64,000 bases of DNA from Catajapyx aquilonaris (lineage: Eukaryota): contig KZ538108.1 in NCBI GenBank assembly GCA_000934665.2, positions 1 through 64,000 on the forward strand, in the 5' to 3' direction. A model generated the notes under the pieces. That model saw only the letters and a program-made list of their open reading frames with translations. It had not been told where the DNA came from and did no database searches. The position numbers and the translations under genes are program-made. This document shows positions 21,822 to 34,182 of the stretch, piece after piece (position 1 is the stretch's first letter; each line of letters begins with the position of its first letter).

Positions 21822-24617
21822 TATTGTATAGGGTCAGATCCACGCAATCGTGTATCAGTTCGGTTCTAATCGGAATTTAGATGTCAAGAAGCTTTTAACA
21901 ACAATATTACTGCGACGGTTTCCTATGAGACAAACAGGCTGCCAATTGCAAACTGAAATAAAATATTTATCCGGCTCAATTAGGATAATAGTGTCAATAG
22001 TGTAATCTGTGAGGCGTGTGTTGTACGTCACACAGAAAGGCAATAAACGCCGGCATTGCCCGTACTTGTCACCCACGTAAATGCCAAGATAGTGTGACGC
22101 TTTTGGCTGGTCAGTGGCCAGTCTGATGGACATACTGCCAAAAACATGATGACTAGTAATGCAGAAGAGATAAAAGGACGTGCAGCATGTGCTACAAATA
22201 AGTGTGTATATGACATGTATATTATATAGCCTAGTGCAGGGTCAGTTTGTCAAGTCCATGGGCCTTTTGTTTAGGCAACCATGGGCCGCTGCAAGCCTTG
22301 CCTTTAACCCTCGTTTGTTTAGGTTTGGAGCTGTTTGAAGTGGGCTGCAATCTCTAATTTTGTCATCACGCTACAGGCCATTTGAATCGATCACTTGTAA
22401 TGTGTAGGCCAGTGTGTACAACACACAAACGAAGAGAGCTTCAATACTATATAAATAGCCATTGCAAGCAGCATCGTGAAATTAATACTCTTCATGTGTA
22501 AAAGGCACCTTTTTCTTCACTATATACGAAGGAATCATACAAGAGAAATGCCTGCAGGAGCAAAACAATGTTCTCAGTGGAAAGTGCAGTAATTAAACAA
22601 GTGTAATAAGAGTCAATATAGAAGAAGAAGCACGTGACTCTTCTTGAAACCTCGTGATGGGATGTCCAACCTCCTTTTCTTCTTCTTCTTCTTTTCATTA
22701 TCTGATTCTGTCTTTTGGGGGGGATCGACTCGAAAGGAGGTTCCCAATTAATCCTCACGTATAGTTGTGTCGGGTCAGGACGGTTCTGTTCCCTGATTGG
22801 ATCCAAGCTGGGTCCGGATTTTTTTGGGGGGAGGTGATCGTTGGGAACGGAGCCTGCTGGAAATAGAACAGTAGTGGATTAACTTTTGCTCTTGACCCAA
22901 TCAGTACTATAAGTTTTCCTTCTTCCTAACAAACCCGCTCGGAACAAAATAGATAACTAAAGTATTCCGAGTAATAACTGGTCGTGCATTTATCGCCAAG
23001 GCCTTTTCGACCGAATGTTTTGATGCTTCTTCTCATATCTCGGTGGACAAACAGTAGCCTATTGATGCAAAGGGTGCGGTTATTCTCCAAATAAGGGTCT
23101 TTTGCATTACATATGCTGATGTAACCCCCCTGGCCACACCCCCAGCATAACCGCACCCTTGTATAATATTATTAATCTCCATTTTTGACTTGGCCATCAT
23201 TCCGACGTATACCTTTGACCCCACCTATACTCTTTCAATGCGCACTTGTTTCTAAAAATAGTGCATAAGGTAAATACTTGTACTTGAAACTACTCCACGG
23301 TTATCTTGCTGTTGTTTACAGAAATGATGGCCCGATGATAACATTGTTTGTGCGAGTTGCTCAGTGCACTGGAATGACATTGTAGAACCGGATTTACAAT
23401 AAGTATAGGGAAGCAAACACACTCGAGCTTGTTGTCAGTTCTTATGCTTAGTATGTCCTAAGTCGTAGTAAATCATTAATCTGAAAATAAGAGTTTGGAA
23501 TAACATTTTCTGCACCGAACAATGGAAATAACGACAGATTAAATCAAAAACCATTGGATAGCATCGGTTGCCACGCAAAAAAAAAGACTCTTGCTCATGA
23601 AATGGCCATGTCTGCTGTGTGCACCGCAATTTTTCTCACAATTATGTTATGACGACAATATATACTGAAATCCCCTAACGGCTGTATCCGGTTGTGAAAA
23701 CGCAATGTCAGGGGAAGAAGAGCCAGAGTGCCGTCATCATTATTGTGCAAACAGTCTGGTGCTTCCCCCATTTATTTGTTCGTGATATACTGTACTCTAT
23801 AATAATACTGTACGTAATATTTATAGCGACGAAGGTTCATTACTTTTTGTTAAAACAGATGAAAATTCTCTCCTTACTGTAAGAGCTTATAAGGTGTGGT
23901 CGAGTGCTCTAATTATGACATGGAGTCATATGTCAAATGCAAGTACTGTACTTTCAAATAATGTATGTATGTATGTATGTGACGCTGCGTACTACGTCCC
24001 CGCTGTAAGTACAATTCGCATGTAAATGTTCGCTGGCTGGCCTAAAGGAAGCGAGAAGTAAAGACCGGCCCACAGATTACGTTAGAGTGTGCTGCTGGGA
24101 AATGGGTTTCTCATATGAGTGAAAGGCATACGGAAGTGTATGACTCCCAAGTCATATTATCCGATACATCTCTCTCTCTCTCTCGTGTGCATTTGTCGGG
24201 GCATATCGCATCATTGTGTCAGAGAGAGTTACGTTACGATTGTTACGTTGGAAACCCCCCCTCCTCCTTATGGCCTATTGGGAGGGTATGTCCGGCGGCC
24301 TGTACGGATAAACTCCCATGCGCAAGTAAGTGTGTGCCAAGTGGAACGTGTGAGCGGACCACGAGGAGCACGCGATCTGCCCAATTCCCGTGGGTAGACC
24401 CCGCGTTTCACACGTGTGCTGCGTACGCACGCTTACGTCACTGCGCATTTCCCACCGCGCATCGGCAACCGCTTGGAAATAATGCATCGCGTCGGTTGGA
24501 AATAAACGGAATCTGGGATGTGGCGACCGAGCTTGTTTATTCAGCTTACACGTAAGAAAAGTACTGGTACAATAATTAGAGTAATAAAATTAATTGCGGG
24601 GGGGGGGGGAAGGCGGG

Positions 24618-24631
24618 NNNNNNNNNNNNNN
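24618..24631. other. Assembly ambiguity (N run); others at 3349, 12363 and 56091-56096
   Basis: N characters next to poly-G/poly-C or G-rich tracts. Confidence 0.95.
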
Positions 24632-24644
24632 TGTTGGGCGTGGA

Positions 24645-25248
24645 TCAGTAGTCGTAACCGTGGTACGGGTGGTATGCTGCCTGGTAGACGTGCTGAGGCG
24701 GGGTCTTGAATATGGGGGCGGCCACGTACTGGTGGTACTGGTGCGATGCCACGGGTACGGCCGCGTACTTGACCAGAGGTGCCACGGTCTTGACCGGCGC
24801 CAGGTACGACGGGGCATGGTGCAGGACAGGTGCTGGGTGTACCGAGGGCGCGCTCTTGGCCACCACCGCGTTGAACCCGTGCACCGAGTCGGCCGTGTAC
24901 GTCACGGTACGGAGGCTGCCGTCCGGATCCAGCACGCTGTACTGACCTTTGACCACGTCGCCGTCGCGCGACTCCTCCGCGCTCTTGTGGTCGCCCGTCA
25001 ACGCATCGCTCACGCCGTACTTGTACGAGTATTGAGGGTACGACTGGAACAGAAACAAAACAATAAGCTTATGGTGGACACTGGCCATCATCAGAGTCGC
25101 TGGTACTTACGACGTAGTCAACCACTGGTTTGACCACTGGCGCGACGTGGTGGTAGAACGGCGACGGTACGGCCGCGTACGTCGGTACACCAGGCGCTGC
25201 CACGGCCATGGCCACCGACAATGCCGCCACCATCCATCCCAATTGTTG
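24645..25248 (-). CDS. Cuticle protein, RR-2 chitin-binding domain, His/Tyr/Ala/Pro-rich tail; first exon unresolved
   Basis: Exons 25248-25111 (hydrophobic [15 protein letters not shown]) and 25043-24645 ([60 protein letters not shown], the RR-2 consensus). A possible mini first exon MDTPHT lies at 25330-25313 with a weak donor. Confidence 0.92.
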
Positions 25249-26149
25249 CTGGCAAATCGGAAAAGAAGCGGTGTTTTAGCGTGACATACATTCTGGACAT
25301 GCCAAACTTGACCGTGTGAGGTGTGTCCATAAACGGACCTAAAAATTGTCTCACATTTTTTTTTGGACAAGTCGTGTCCGCACCCAGCCCTTTCACTTTT
25401 CTTTTCGGCCACTCTTTTTTTCATTTTCCATTGGCCACCAGACACAATGCTGATTCCTCCCAAACAATGAGGGTCCGCCTAATGTTGCGTGACCCTGTAC
25501 AGGGGGGGCGCGGTATAATAATTACGGATCAGTCATTACGCCATTGCGGAATCGGTGGCCCTTGTCGCGCGTGACCTCTGACCCCTGCTTGGGTCCTTTC
25601 CACCCAACTCCCGAAGCTAAAAAGGAAAAGTGACGAAAGTATGTGTGTGCATGTACACACGAAGTTTCTCACACCCGCGGTTCTTTAATCAGAGAAGAAA
25701 AAAAAGAAGTAATGAATGAGTGTTTGGGGGCAGCCAGGAAAAAGTGAAGTCTCGCTTTGTAATTAAATGGGAAGGCCCGGTTCACACGGCGGAGGTGTAA
25801 CAACACCTCATTATTATTTGTCGAAGGCGGACACTCTCGCTTTTCCCACACCTCAATCAGATACATTGCGTTTAATCACTCTGTGACGTCACTCGGATTT
25901 TCGCCAACTTGACAAGATATAGTTGGTGGCGATGGCTCTTTGCCAATTCCACGCAGAATTTAACAGTCATTTTCGCGAGAAGGGCGCGGACAGGCATCAA
26001 GGACGTGTCTATTTTTGGGGGGGAGGAATCATTAACATAATTAGGACACAAATTTTTTTGATTACTCTGCTCGTAATTAGCAGAAGCTCAATTATTATAG
26101 GAGCAATTGACTTTTCATTTGGCAAGAAAATGTTCCTTCTTGTCTTTGT

Positions 26150-26235
26150 AGAATTTTCGTTCCACCGAACTTAGCAGTACCACTGCCAATACTACTGCTA
26201 ACTTAGTGGTAACTATATAGCAGTGGGACGAAAAG
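26150..26235. mobile_element. MITE-like family A, degenerate copy
   Basis: gaattttcgttccac...aacttagcagta...ctgctaacttag...tagcagtgggacgaaaa shares termini and internal motifs with 4276-4461. Confidence 0.6.
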
Positions 26236-29200
26236 ACACAAACCGCCCAATATGCAGTGCTATTTTGTCAATTTAAAAATCAAGTGAAATGATCAAAAGT
26301 AATATAATAAGCGCTAACAATGGACAGGCTATTACACGCGATAAATTAAGTTTGATTGCCATTTTTTTTTGGCTTGCAACTCGTATATACGGAAGAGATG
26401 CCACCAAATATTTTCCTGTACCAAAAAAAATCACTTCCGGTCGTATTTCCCATAATATAATCAGGGATGATCCGACAATTATTTCAAACAATTATTCGAT
26501 TGTTGTGTAGTCACTCGACACTGCCTCACCTGAGTCCTGGACATTGTTGACAACTCTCTTGCAGTCACCAGCTATAACCAGTGGTCTGCGAAGGAAATCC
26601 AGCGAGATTCTAAGTGAGAACGCCCACATCCACCTTCTTTTATCTATTCACATTTGCTTCCCCCCCTCTCTTCCCCTCTTCCCCTCTTCCCCTCTTCCTT
26701 GCCCTCCCTCCCCCCTCTCCTTTCTATCATTTCTTTCCTCTGGTCTCCATTCATCCTGGGAGTAAGTTGCTCGGTTCCAGGTCAGTGAGCGCAAGAAGAA
26801 AAAAAGAGATTCAAGTGGGAGGGGGAAAAAAGTGTGGACGAATAGTAAGAGAGAATTTATTTATATATAAAAAGGAGCAGGGCGGGAAATTACACTTATA
26901 CGCATTCGGTATATATAAACAGCAGCTGGTTGGTTTGTAGTAGTTAGTACTACATTTTTCTTCTCTGAATCTGAAAGGAATGATGCAATCAATTTGGGCT
27001 GGATAATATTTTTGTGTCACGCCTTGTTGGGTATATGCAGCTTCGGGGGAGGTCACTGGGTCACCACACCTTCTGACCCAACTAAAAGTGCCCAAGGTTG
27101 CTGCAAATACATATTTTGAAAGTTTTGAAGAGAGAGAGAGAAAAAATAGCCATTTACGTAGCAATTACACAGGTGAACATGCTTTTCTCAGGTGTTGATT
27201 GCGACCTTCCGAAATGTGATTAGGATAATAATCATGCAGCGTAGGAAAACTATGTTTATATGGAACCTATTTTAACCGTGCGAACACATTCTGACGCTAT
27301 CTAGATGCAACTGTCACTTTCTTTTAACATCAGCGACGTGCACGGGATGTTTTGTTCGGGGAATTTATTAAGCGCGCCGGAACCTTCTCGCTTTCTAACA
27401 GAGCTTAAATGGCCTATCAACTACGTGTTAAATTCCGAGAAATTTTCGCCGACGTGAAATGACTCTGCAAATTAAAGATGGACTGCGGCAACGCTGCTAA
27501 ATTATTTTTTTCTTATACGATTCCCTGAGCCACATTGCTTAGTGAGCAGGAGACTGATCAAATACTTTTAAAAAATGAGGAAGGCGATAAACGAGAGCAT
27601 TCCCCACCTCCTTAAATTGTTTCACTCGACAAAAACATCCTCCATCAAATTAATTACACCCCTCCTTCAAAGATAACAACGTCATACCCACGTTTTGTTT
27701 CATTCCCATCAGAAGAGAAGGTTGGATAACACTATTTTCCCCCACCGTCCCTTATGGAAGTTACTCCCATTTCCTTTATTTTTCATACATGTTCCTGTGT
27801 AGATAAGTGCAAGAGCGGACAGGTCCACAAATCAATTTCGAAAATGCGATTATTATATCTGTTTTTTTTTTCTTTCCCTCGGGCCATGGAAAAGATGAAT
27901 GGGGCTCAATGTGAAGCAATAGGTTTGAAATAGCATCCGTGACTTTCACCCCAACTCTCCATGATATGTATGAGTGTGTACAGGGTGGTGCACTGTCCAA
28001 GTACACGGTTCCATATGTATAGGAGACGATGATTGTTCGCCCCAGCAACCACAGTTCACAAACGACTGCCGCTTCTCTGTGAACAATCTTGGAGTTTGTA
28101 ACTTGGGCAGTGTACCACCCGATACATTACGAGTGTACCACGTGAGTGTAATGGAGAGAGAGAGAAAAAAAGGAGCATAGTAAAGTGTCCCAGTTCCCAC
28201 GCAGGGGTTGGCTACTTGAAGCAATAATGGTTATTCCAGCAGGCGGAAAAGGCAATTCCGGCCTCAGCTTTTGCCTTTATACCTTTCCGGGTTTCACGAT
28301 GCGATGACGGCAATGACGCACGTATACAGCACGTACGTACGTAACCCATTACGCCCACACGTGTCGTGTATTTATAACATCCGCGCCGAATAGTTGCCAA
28401 ATTCGAAGCCGGAATTGGTTGGTCCGAATTATTTTACATTTTCAAATAATAATAGAAAAAGAGGGTCAAGGTGTGTTGGTGGTGGTAACCTGCGTAGCAC
28501 GGAAAGAGAAGGTATGTCTCGCCGGTACCACACCCAAACACAAAAACGGAGGTGTTTCCCATGCACTGGTCGTGTACGCATGCCCTTCATGACTTCACAC
28601 CATGCACAAACAATTCCCTCTCGATATTTCGTGCCCGGACATTACAGCAATCAATCCAATTCTCTATATATAATGTCCACAGGGTGTGCCAATGTTGATT
28701 CTGTGGAGTCCACCCTGTGACGAAACACCTTGTACTAATATAATAATAGCTATACATTATTCTGGTTTTGCGGTATATGAATGTGTGCTTTGTAATCGGA
28801 GGCCATCGGTCGTCCTTGCCTCCAATTTTTCAGCAGATTATTTGCGTGTTTCTCTCTTTTTTTGTTTCATACAAAGTTGGGGGGATAAGCAGCTGTGATA
28901 TATCGCATCCCCCCCCCCCTTTTATTTTCTTATATAAAACCGGACACTGCGAATTCATCTAATCCTCATCGCAAATCTCTCGCAAGAGACTTTCGCGCAT
29001 TTCTCTTGTTCTTAGTGGTCCCTCCTACTATACTGTGTACACATTCCCATAGCCAGCAGCAACCAAACGAGAGGATTCGTGTCCCAGAAAATGGCCTCCT
29101 TGGTCCAGACAAAGTCACGCCGAAATCGGGAGAGCTTTTCAATCTGACGTGATTACAATAGGGATTGCCTTGCATGCGTAGGTATAATCCGTTCAGGGTC

Positions 29201-29498
29201 GAAACTACTGGAGACAAAAAAATGAGGCACATAATATATAGGGTGGTCAAAAATGGGCTGTGAACACTGCAGGAAGAAACTATGAGAAAACCCACGCGAA
29301 TACGGAGAGAACTGAGCCAAAAAAAAATCAGTGACCTTCTGTATACTCTACACGTGCATATGGATGTAAATTGAGATGCCGATGTAATGTGCCTGAAATT
29401 GAGATGGGTTTACGCCCCATTCCCCTTGCTATGTGCTATTCGTATCGCATGTTATTGTCGCGTCTGAGCGGATTTGAGGCAGACATTCTTCAACAATC

Positions 29499-29910
29499 AT
29501 GGTCGGTTCCAACAATACTATTGTGGTGCTGCTGGCTCTTGCGTGTCTGTGCGGAGCAGTGATGGAGGACAACGACGAAGAGTACGTCGACGATGCAGGG
29601 TACCGTCATCCTCCGCCTCCGTCAGCCTGGGTAGCCTCGTTGTTTCATGGGGACAGGTACCCCATGCAGGTACATAGAATAATTATGCATGGTGCAAGTA
29701 CACTAGGTGATAATCGCTTTTTAATTACAGGCATTGATGGAAGAAGGTGAGGACATGTCGGTAGTGGGTGAGCCTGCACCTGGAGGATGGCACCATTCGC
29801 CACCAAGTCACCATCACCAGGAACCTCCTCGTCATCACCACCAGCACCAGCACCACGATGACCCCCGTCGCCATCATCAACAATCGCATCACAGACACCC
29901 ATTCCCATAA
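29499..29910 (+). CDS. Small secreted histidine-rich protein (116 aa), no R&R domain
   Basis: Exons 29499-29669 and 29731-29910, with a 61-nt phase-0 GT-AG intron. Signal-like IVVLLALACLCGA, acidic EDNDEEYVDD, and tail HHSPPSHHHQEPPRHHHQHQHHDDPRRHHQQSHHRHPFP*. Confidence 0.75.
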
Positions 29911-31350
29911 AGCAGCATATATCAAAGAAAATGTCGCAATATGCCGGAATAATTAGTAGTGTGGCAATAACTTATTCAATGAATTGGCCCGATTTTTTTT
30001 TTTTTGCGAAATCGTTGCTCTCAATAAAATATTGCATTAGATTTTTACACCAAGTTACGACAATTGCATGTAATTCTCCCCCCCTTTTTTTATTGTTATT
30101 CCTTCTTTTGCCTCCTCCTGGTTAGCCTTGGCTGTTTGATTGTGTCCTTAGAGGAGATTTGCTCGACTGCTGCTGGCTGCTGCTGGAAGTCGTGACATTT
30201 TGCAATAATCCTCCGGGGTCCCAGCACATATTCCCCTATCTATGTGGCTCGTCTCTTACCCGAAAATGCGCTGAGAGCATGCTGCAATTAGTTTTAAACT
30301 GGCGAAGAAAGACGGCTTCCTGGAGGCGGGTTGTGTCTGAAATCCGACAACAATGCTCCTAACTCTCAAAGACCACTATCAGCAGAGTGTGTACGGTTTT
30401 ATTTAAGAGTGCGTACGTGGTGTGTGTGTGTGCGAGCGTGTGAGCGAGGAAGAGGAGGTGGTGTGGAAAGCAGCAAGGTCCTTCATCCTCTTTCTTTTTC
30501 TTATATCCCACCCATACACCCTCCTCCTCTGTTAAAAGAAAAAGAGTGATCCAGGAAACGAATATTTCTTTTTTCTTTTGGTTCGGCCCCCAAGACTTCC
30601 GTCGTTTTCGCCAACTCGAGCTTTCGACTTGGTGGACCTCCCCCCCTATATTACTACTCCAGGGGTTCTGTTTCCTTCTTTGAAAAACAATGCTGTTCCT
30701 GCTTGGAAGAGGAATCGTTAATCACCTACAGTTGCACCCAGGGGCCATTGTTGCGGAGAGGAGAGTGCCGTCCAAAGCCGCATTATTGTTATAGTTATGT
30801 CCTGCCAAGCTCTCTCTATATAAGTACGCGAAATAGGTGTAAATGGCAGCCCATATTTCATTTTAGGAGCCGTTGAATCACACGGTTTGCCTATTATTGT
30901 TAGGCTCATTGTTGCCCAAAATTGCCCCGGAATGTTGAGATGCTGGTCACAGATTGTAGTTTCTTCCCAGGCTGACCAGGAAGGAAGGAAGGAAGCCAGG
31001 ACTTCCCCTCTGGGCTTTTCCCAAAAACATAGCGCGTCATAAATTATTTTGCCAGTTTTGCGGGAAAAAAAATAATTGCGCTCGGGTTCCGGTAGAAAAC
31101 AAACCCTTTTTATACGTATGCAACGTGCATATTATGATCACTGCTCGCGTGACTCTACAGCACAGAAAAAAAATCCGATTTGCAGCAGTACTTGGAATTC
31201 TCACCATCATTTTGCGAAATGTTTTTTTTTTGTTTAAAAAAAGGAAGCAATTTTTGTTGTCTGACACAAATATTATTATTGGTTGGCGGTGGTGTCAAAT
31301 TGTCACATATACAGGGTTTATTTAATTGTCGTTTGGTCGTTGGTGTGTGA

Positions 31351-32526
31351 TCAGTTGACCTGCTGACCTCCCTTGGTGATGGCGACGACTGCCTGGAATC
31401 CGTTGACCGAATCTGCAGTGTACGTGACTGTACGGAGGCTACCGTCCGGGTCCAGCACCGTGTACTGACCCCTGACCACGTCCCCTTGCCGGCTCTCCTG
31501 CATCGCCTTGTGGTCACCAGTCACAGTGTCGCTCACTCCGTACTTGAACGAGTACTCGGGGTACGCCTGCAACCAACAATCGCCAATGAAAAAGTGCATC
31601 ACCAAGACACTGCTGTTGCACCACTGACCTGGAAGTCCACTCCCTGGGGAGCAGCCTGGCAGCACGCAACAATGCAACACAACAATGCCACCGCCGCCGA
31701 CGCTGCCTGATGCGGAAAACAAATCATATAACATTGTACACGCAAAAAGATTGTCACACTGCATCCGTGTGGTGTCCGCGACTTTGTCCGTAGAAACACC
31801 GTCAACGCCTCTTGCGGCAGGAGGGCAAACAAAAAAGTCGCGGACACCACACAGCGCGACAATCTTTTTGCGCGTTATAGTACTACACCAGCAGTGCCAG
31901 CAGTAAGACGGCCTTCGACTATAAAATTATTTTAATTGTGTAATGGCATGGTACTACGACACGCCAGACTGCGTGTGCGATATGCGCGCCACTTTGATTT
32001 CAACACACTCGTATAAGATTTATCTACGTCTTTTATCTATCTCACTAAAATTCGGGCAAATCTGCGTCAAAATGCAGTGAACCTGCTCGTATGACCTACA
32101 TTGTGCAATTGCATCATGCCAGCAAAAAATAAAAAAAATCACTCTCTCTGCCCGTTTCCCTTATTCGAACAGGAGTTTCCCCCCTCCCTGATATAATAAT
32201 AATAATGATAATAATACCCTGTCGAAATCCACCAAAAATAAGGGCAAACCCCCTCCTCCACAACCGCACCCTTCACCTTCCACCCCCTCCATTCATGAAG
32301 CTTTTAACACCATTTTCAAACTAATAAAAAAAAGAGGGGCGGATACAACAAAAAAGTGAGCATGAAATCAGCCCATTTCGGTGGCTGCAGTGTTACGCAC
32401 GACTTGTCCACTCACGGACATATTAATTAACTAAGCAAATAATTATTAAATCGTGTACATACCCCCGGAAGGGTCGGCCTATATATTTGCATATGGTGTA
32501 CTTACAGCAGGGCGGACGAGGTTCAT
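31351..32526 (-). CDS. Cuticle protein, RR-2, minimal (104 aa)
   Basis: Exons 32526-32506 (ccgccATG, MNLVRPA, then gtaagt), 31706-31629 ([20 protein letters not shown]) and 31566-31351 ([60 protein letters not shown]). Confidence 0.92.
31741..31872. repeat. Fold-back element in cuticle gene intron
   Basis: Nested inverted repeats cgcaaaaagattgtc/gacaatctttttgcg and gtgtggtgtccgcgacttt/aaagtcgcggacaccacac. Confidence 0.8.
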
Positions 32527-32597
32527 GGCGGACCCTTTGGGGGGGTGTATTCCGACTGTGTACCTGCTGTGGTATGTACCCTGGTATTGCGTGGTAC

Positions 32598-32635
32598 ACT
32601 GACACGCCAAGGATTCATTCCCGGCCCTTTATATA
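32598..32635 (-). promoter_or_regulatory. TATA box plus arthropod initiator of the second cuticle gene
   Basis: Minus-strand TATATAAA (32635-32628) with TCAGT (32602-32598) about 30 nt downstream and ~70 nt before the ATG. Confidence 0.7.
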
Positions 32636-33166
32636 GACTCGCTTCTTGCATCCTCAAGGATCCCTAATTAACAAAGCAGAAAAGGAGGAGTTGTGGCATG
32701 AACTTCATTTTAAAAAAAAAATATCTGAAGATGAATTACCAGTAATGTTACAGCATGTTCATGTTTAGCTATAGGTACGCCGATTTGGTTTGAAAATGTT
32801 CGCGAAACTATAGAAAACTGGTTCGGAGCTTAACAGTGCAGTTTTCATGTGAATATCGCAAAGGTTGAGGGTAAGTGATGTTCAAGGTGGAAAAGACAAG
32901 GACTTTTCGCATATAAATGTGGTATAGGCGTTTTTTTTTTCTTTCTTTCCCTCTCAGTCTCCCAAGATTCTATTTTTCGGAAACAAAGGAATTGTTGGGC
33001 TATTCGTTCTGGACAGTTGTCGCCGAGCCTTCGTTACAAGGTCGGGCATGTCACTTCCTATATACCTGCGCTGACAAGGGTGCCAAGATTCGAGCGGAAA
33101 TGAAGACCGATTGTACTCAGACACCGTGAGATTTCATCAGCAATAAACAGGTCGGTCGTGGATGGT

Positions 33167-33270
33167 GTGCGCAGGTGTACTGCGCAGTCTAGGGTTATTG
33201 CGCATCGTACTGCGCAGCTTGTTGCTACTGCGCATCGTACTGCGCAGCCTGTGCAGTACGGCTGCGCACA
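33167..33270. repeat. TGCGCA-rich short tandem/palindromic repeat
   Basis: Repeated tactgcgca(g/t) and tgcgcatcgtactgcgcag units with an inverted tail (tgcagtacggctgcgca). It resembles the repeat at 1060-1187. Confidence 0.7.
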
Positions 33271-33415
33271 AGTTCGAGTACCATCAAAACACTGTTGGTG
33301 TGTCCAGCAGCTTATAATTTATTGCGAGAAATGAAGGGTGACACCGCAGAATGTACAAAAAGTATGACAGGTCATCGGACGAGAGGTCATCCTGTTGTGT
33401 TGTTGGGGGGTCGGA

Positions 33416-34090
33416 TCAGCCGTGGTAGAACCCGTGTCCGACCGGATGTACGGAGTGCTTGAGGTGCTTGACAACAGCGTTGAATCCTCCGTGGGGACTG
33501 GCGACGTACTCGACGACCCTGACGTTGCCGTCGGGTTCGACCAGGCTGTAACCTCCCTTGACGACGCCTCCCTCGCGACTCTCCCACTGGTTCTTCACGT
33601 CTCCGGTGTGAGGACTTTCCACGCCGTACTTGTACGAGTAGCTCGGGTACGCCTGGAAATTAACACAGACCCCCAACAATTACTATTATTACCCGCACAA
33701 TCCACACGGGAAGTACTCACGTAATGTCCGTCATATCCGGCGGAGACCAGTCCGACCAGAAGTGTGAGGCACGATGCAATCAGAGCAATCTGCGTGGAAA
33801 ATCACTCGTCACTAATCAGTAATCACTAGTCACCAACAAACAATGTGTTTTTCGGTCGTTATCTTAGCTCGACAAGGACCGAGAGACAAAGACGGCTGTG
33901 TATGACATCCAGCTCCACCCGCGCATGCGTACACATCGGGATCTACCAGGGTGAATGCGCATGCGCGAGTGGAGCTGTATTCGCGCATGCGCATTCACAC
34001 TGGTAGATCCTGATGTGTACGCATGCGCGAGTGGAACGCATCTTTGACTGGGCGGACTTTTAGGAGTTGAAATCCTCGAACCTTGGCCAT
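33416..34090 (-). CDS. Cuticle protein, RR-2 (104 aa)
   Basis: Exons 34090-34082 (MAK), 33789-33721 (IALIASCLTLLVGLVSAGYDGHY) and 33652-33416 (YPSYSYKYGVESPHTGDVKNQWESREGGVVKGGYSLVEPDGNVRVVEYVASPHGGFNAVV). Confidence 0.93.
33911..34035. repeat. Long near-perfect palindrome in intron 1 of the third cuticle gene
   Basis: 55-bp arms at 33914-33968 and 33981-34035 with 3 mismatches and a 12-nt loop. Confidence 0.9.
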
Positions 34091-34174
34091 GTTGGTGCTG
34101 CGGAATCGATCACAGATAGATAGAACAGGACTCTTTCCTTCTGAACTGCGGTCTATCTGGACCCCCCGTCGGCC

Positions 34175-34182
34175 TTTTTATA
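34175..34182 (-). promoter_or_regulatory. TATA box of the third cuticle gene
   Basis: Minus-strand TATAAAAA ~90 nt upstream of the ATG, with Inr-like GCAGTT near 34147. Confidence 0.65.

Noticed and set aside
24594..25133. 179-aa plus-strand ORF and similar ORFs opposite the cuticle genes
   Set aside because: Antisense shadows of GC-rich RR-2 coding sequence; this one also spans an N gap.
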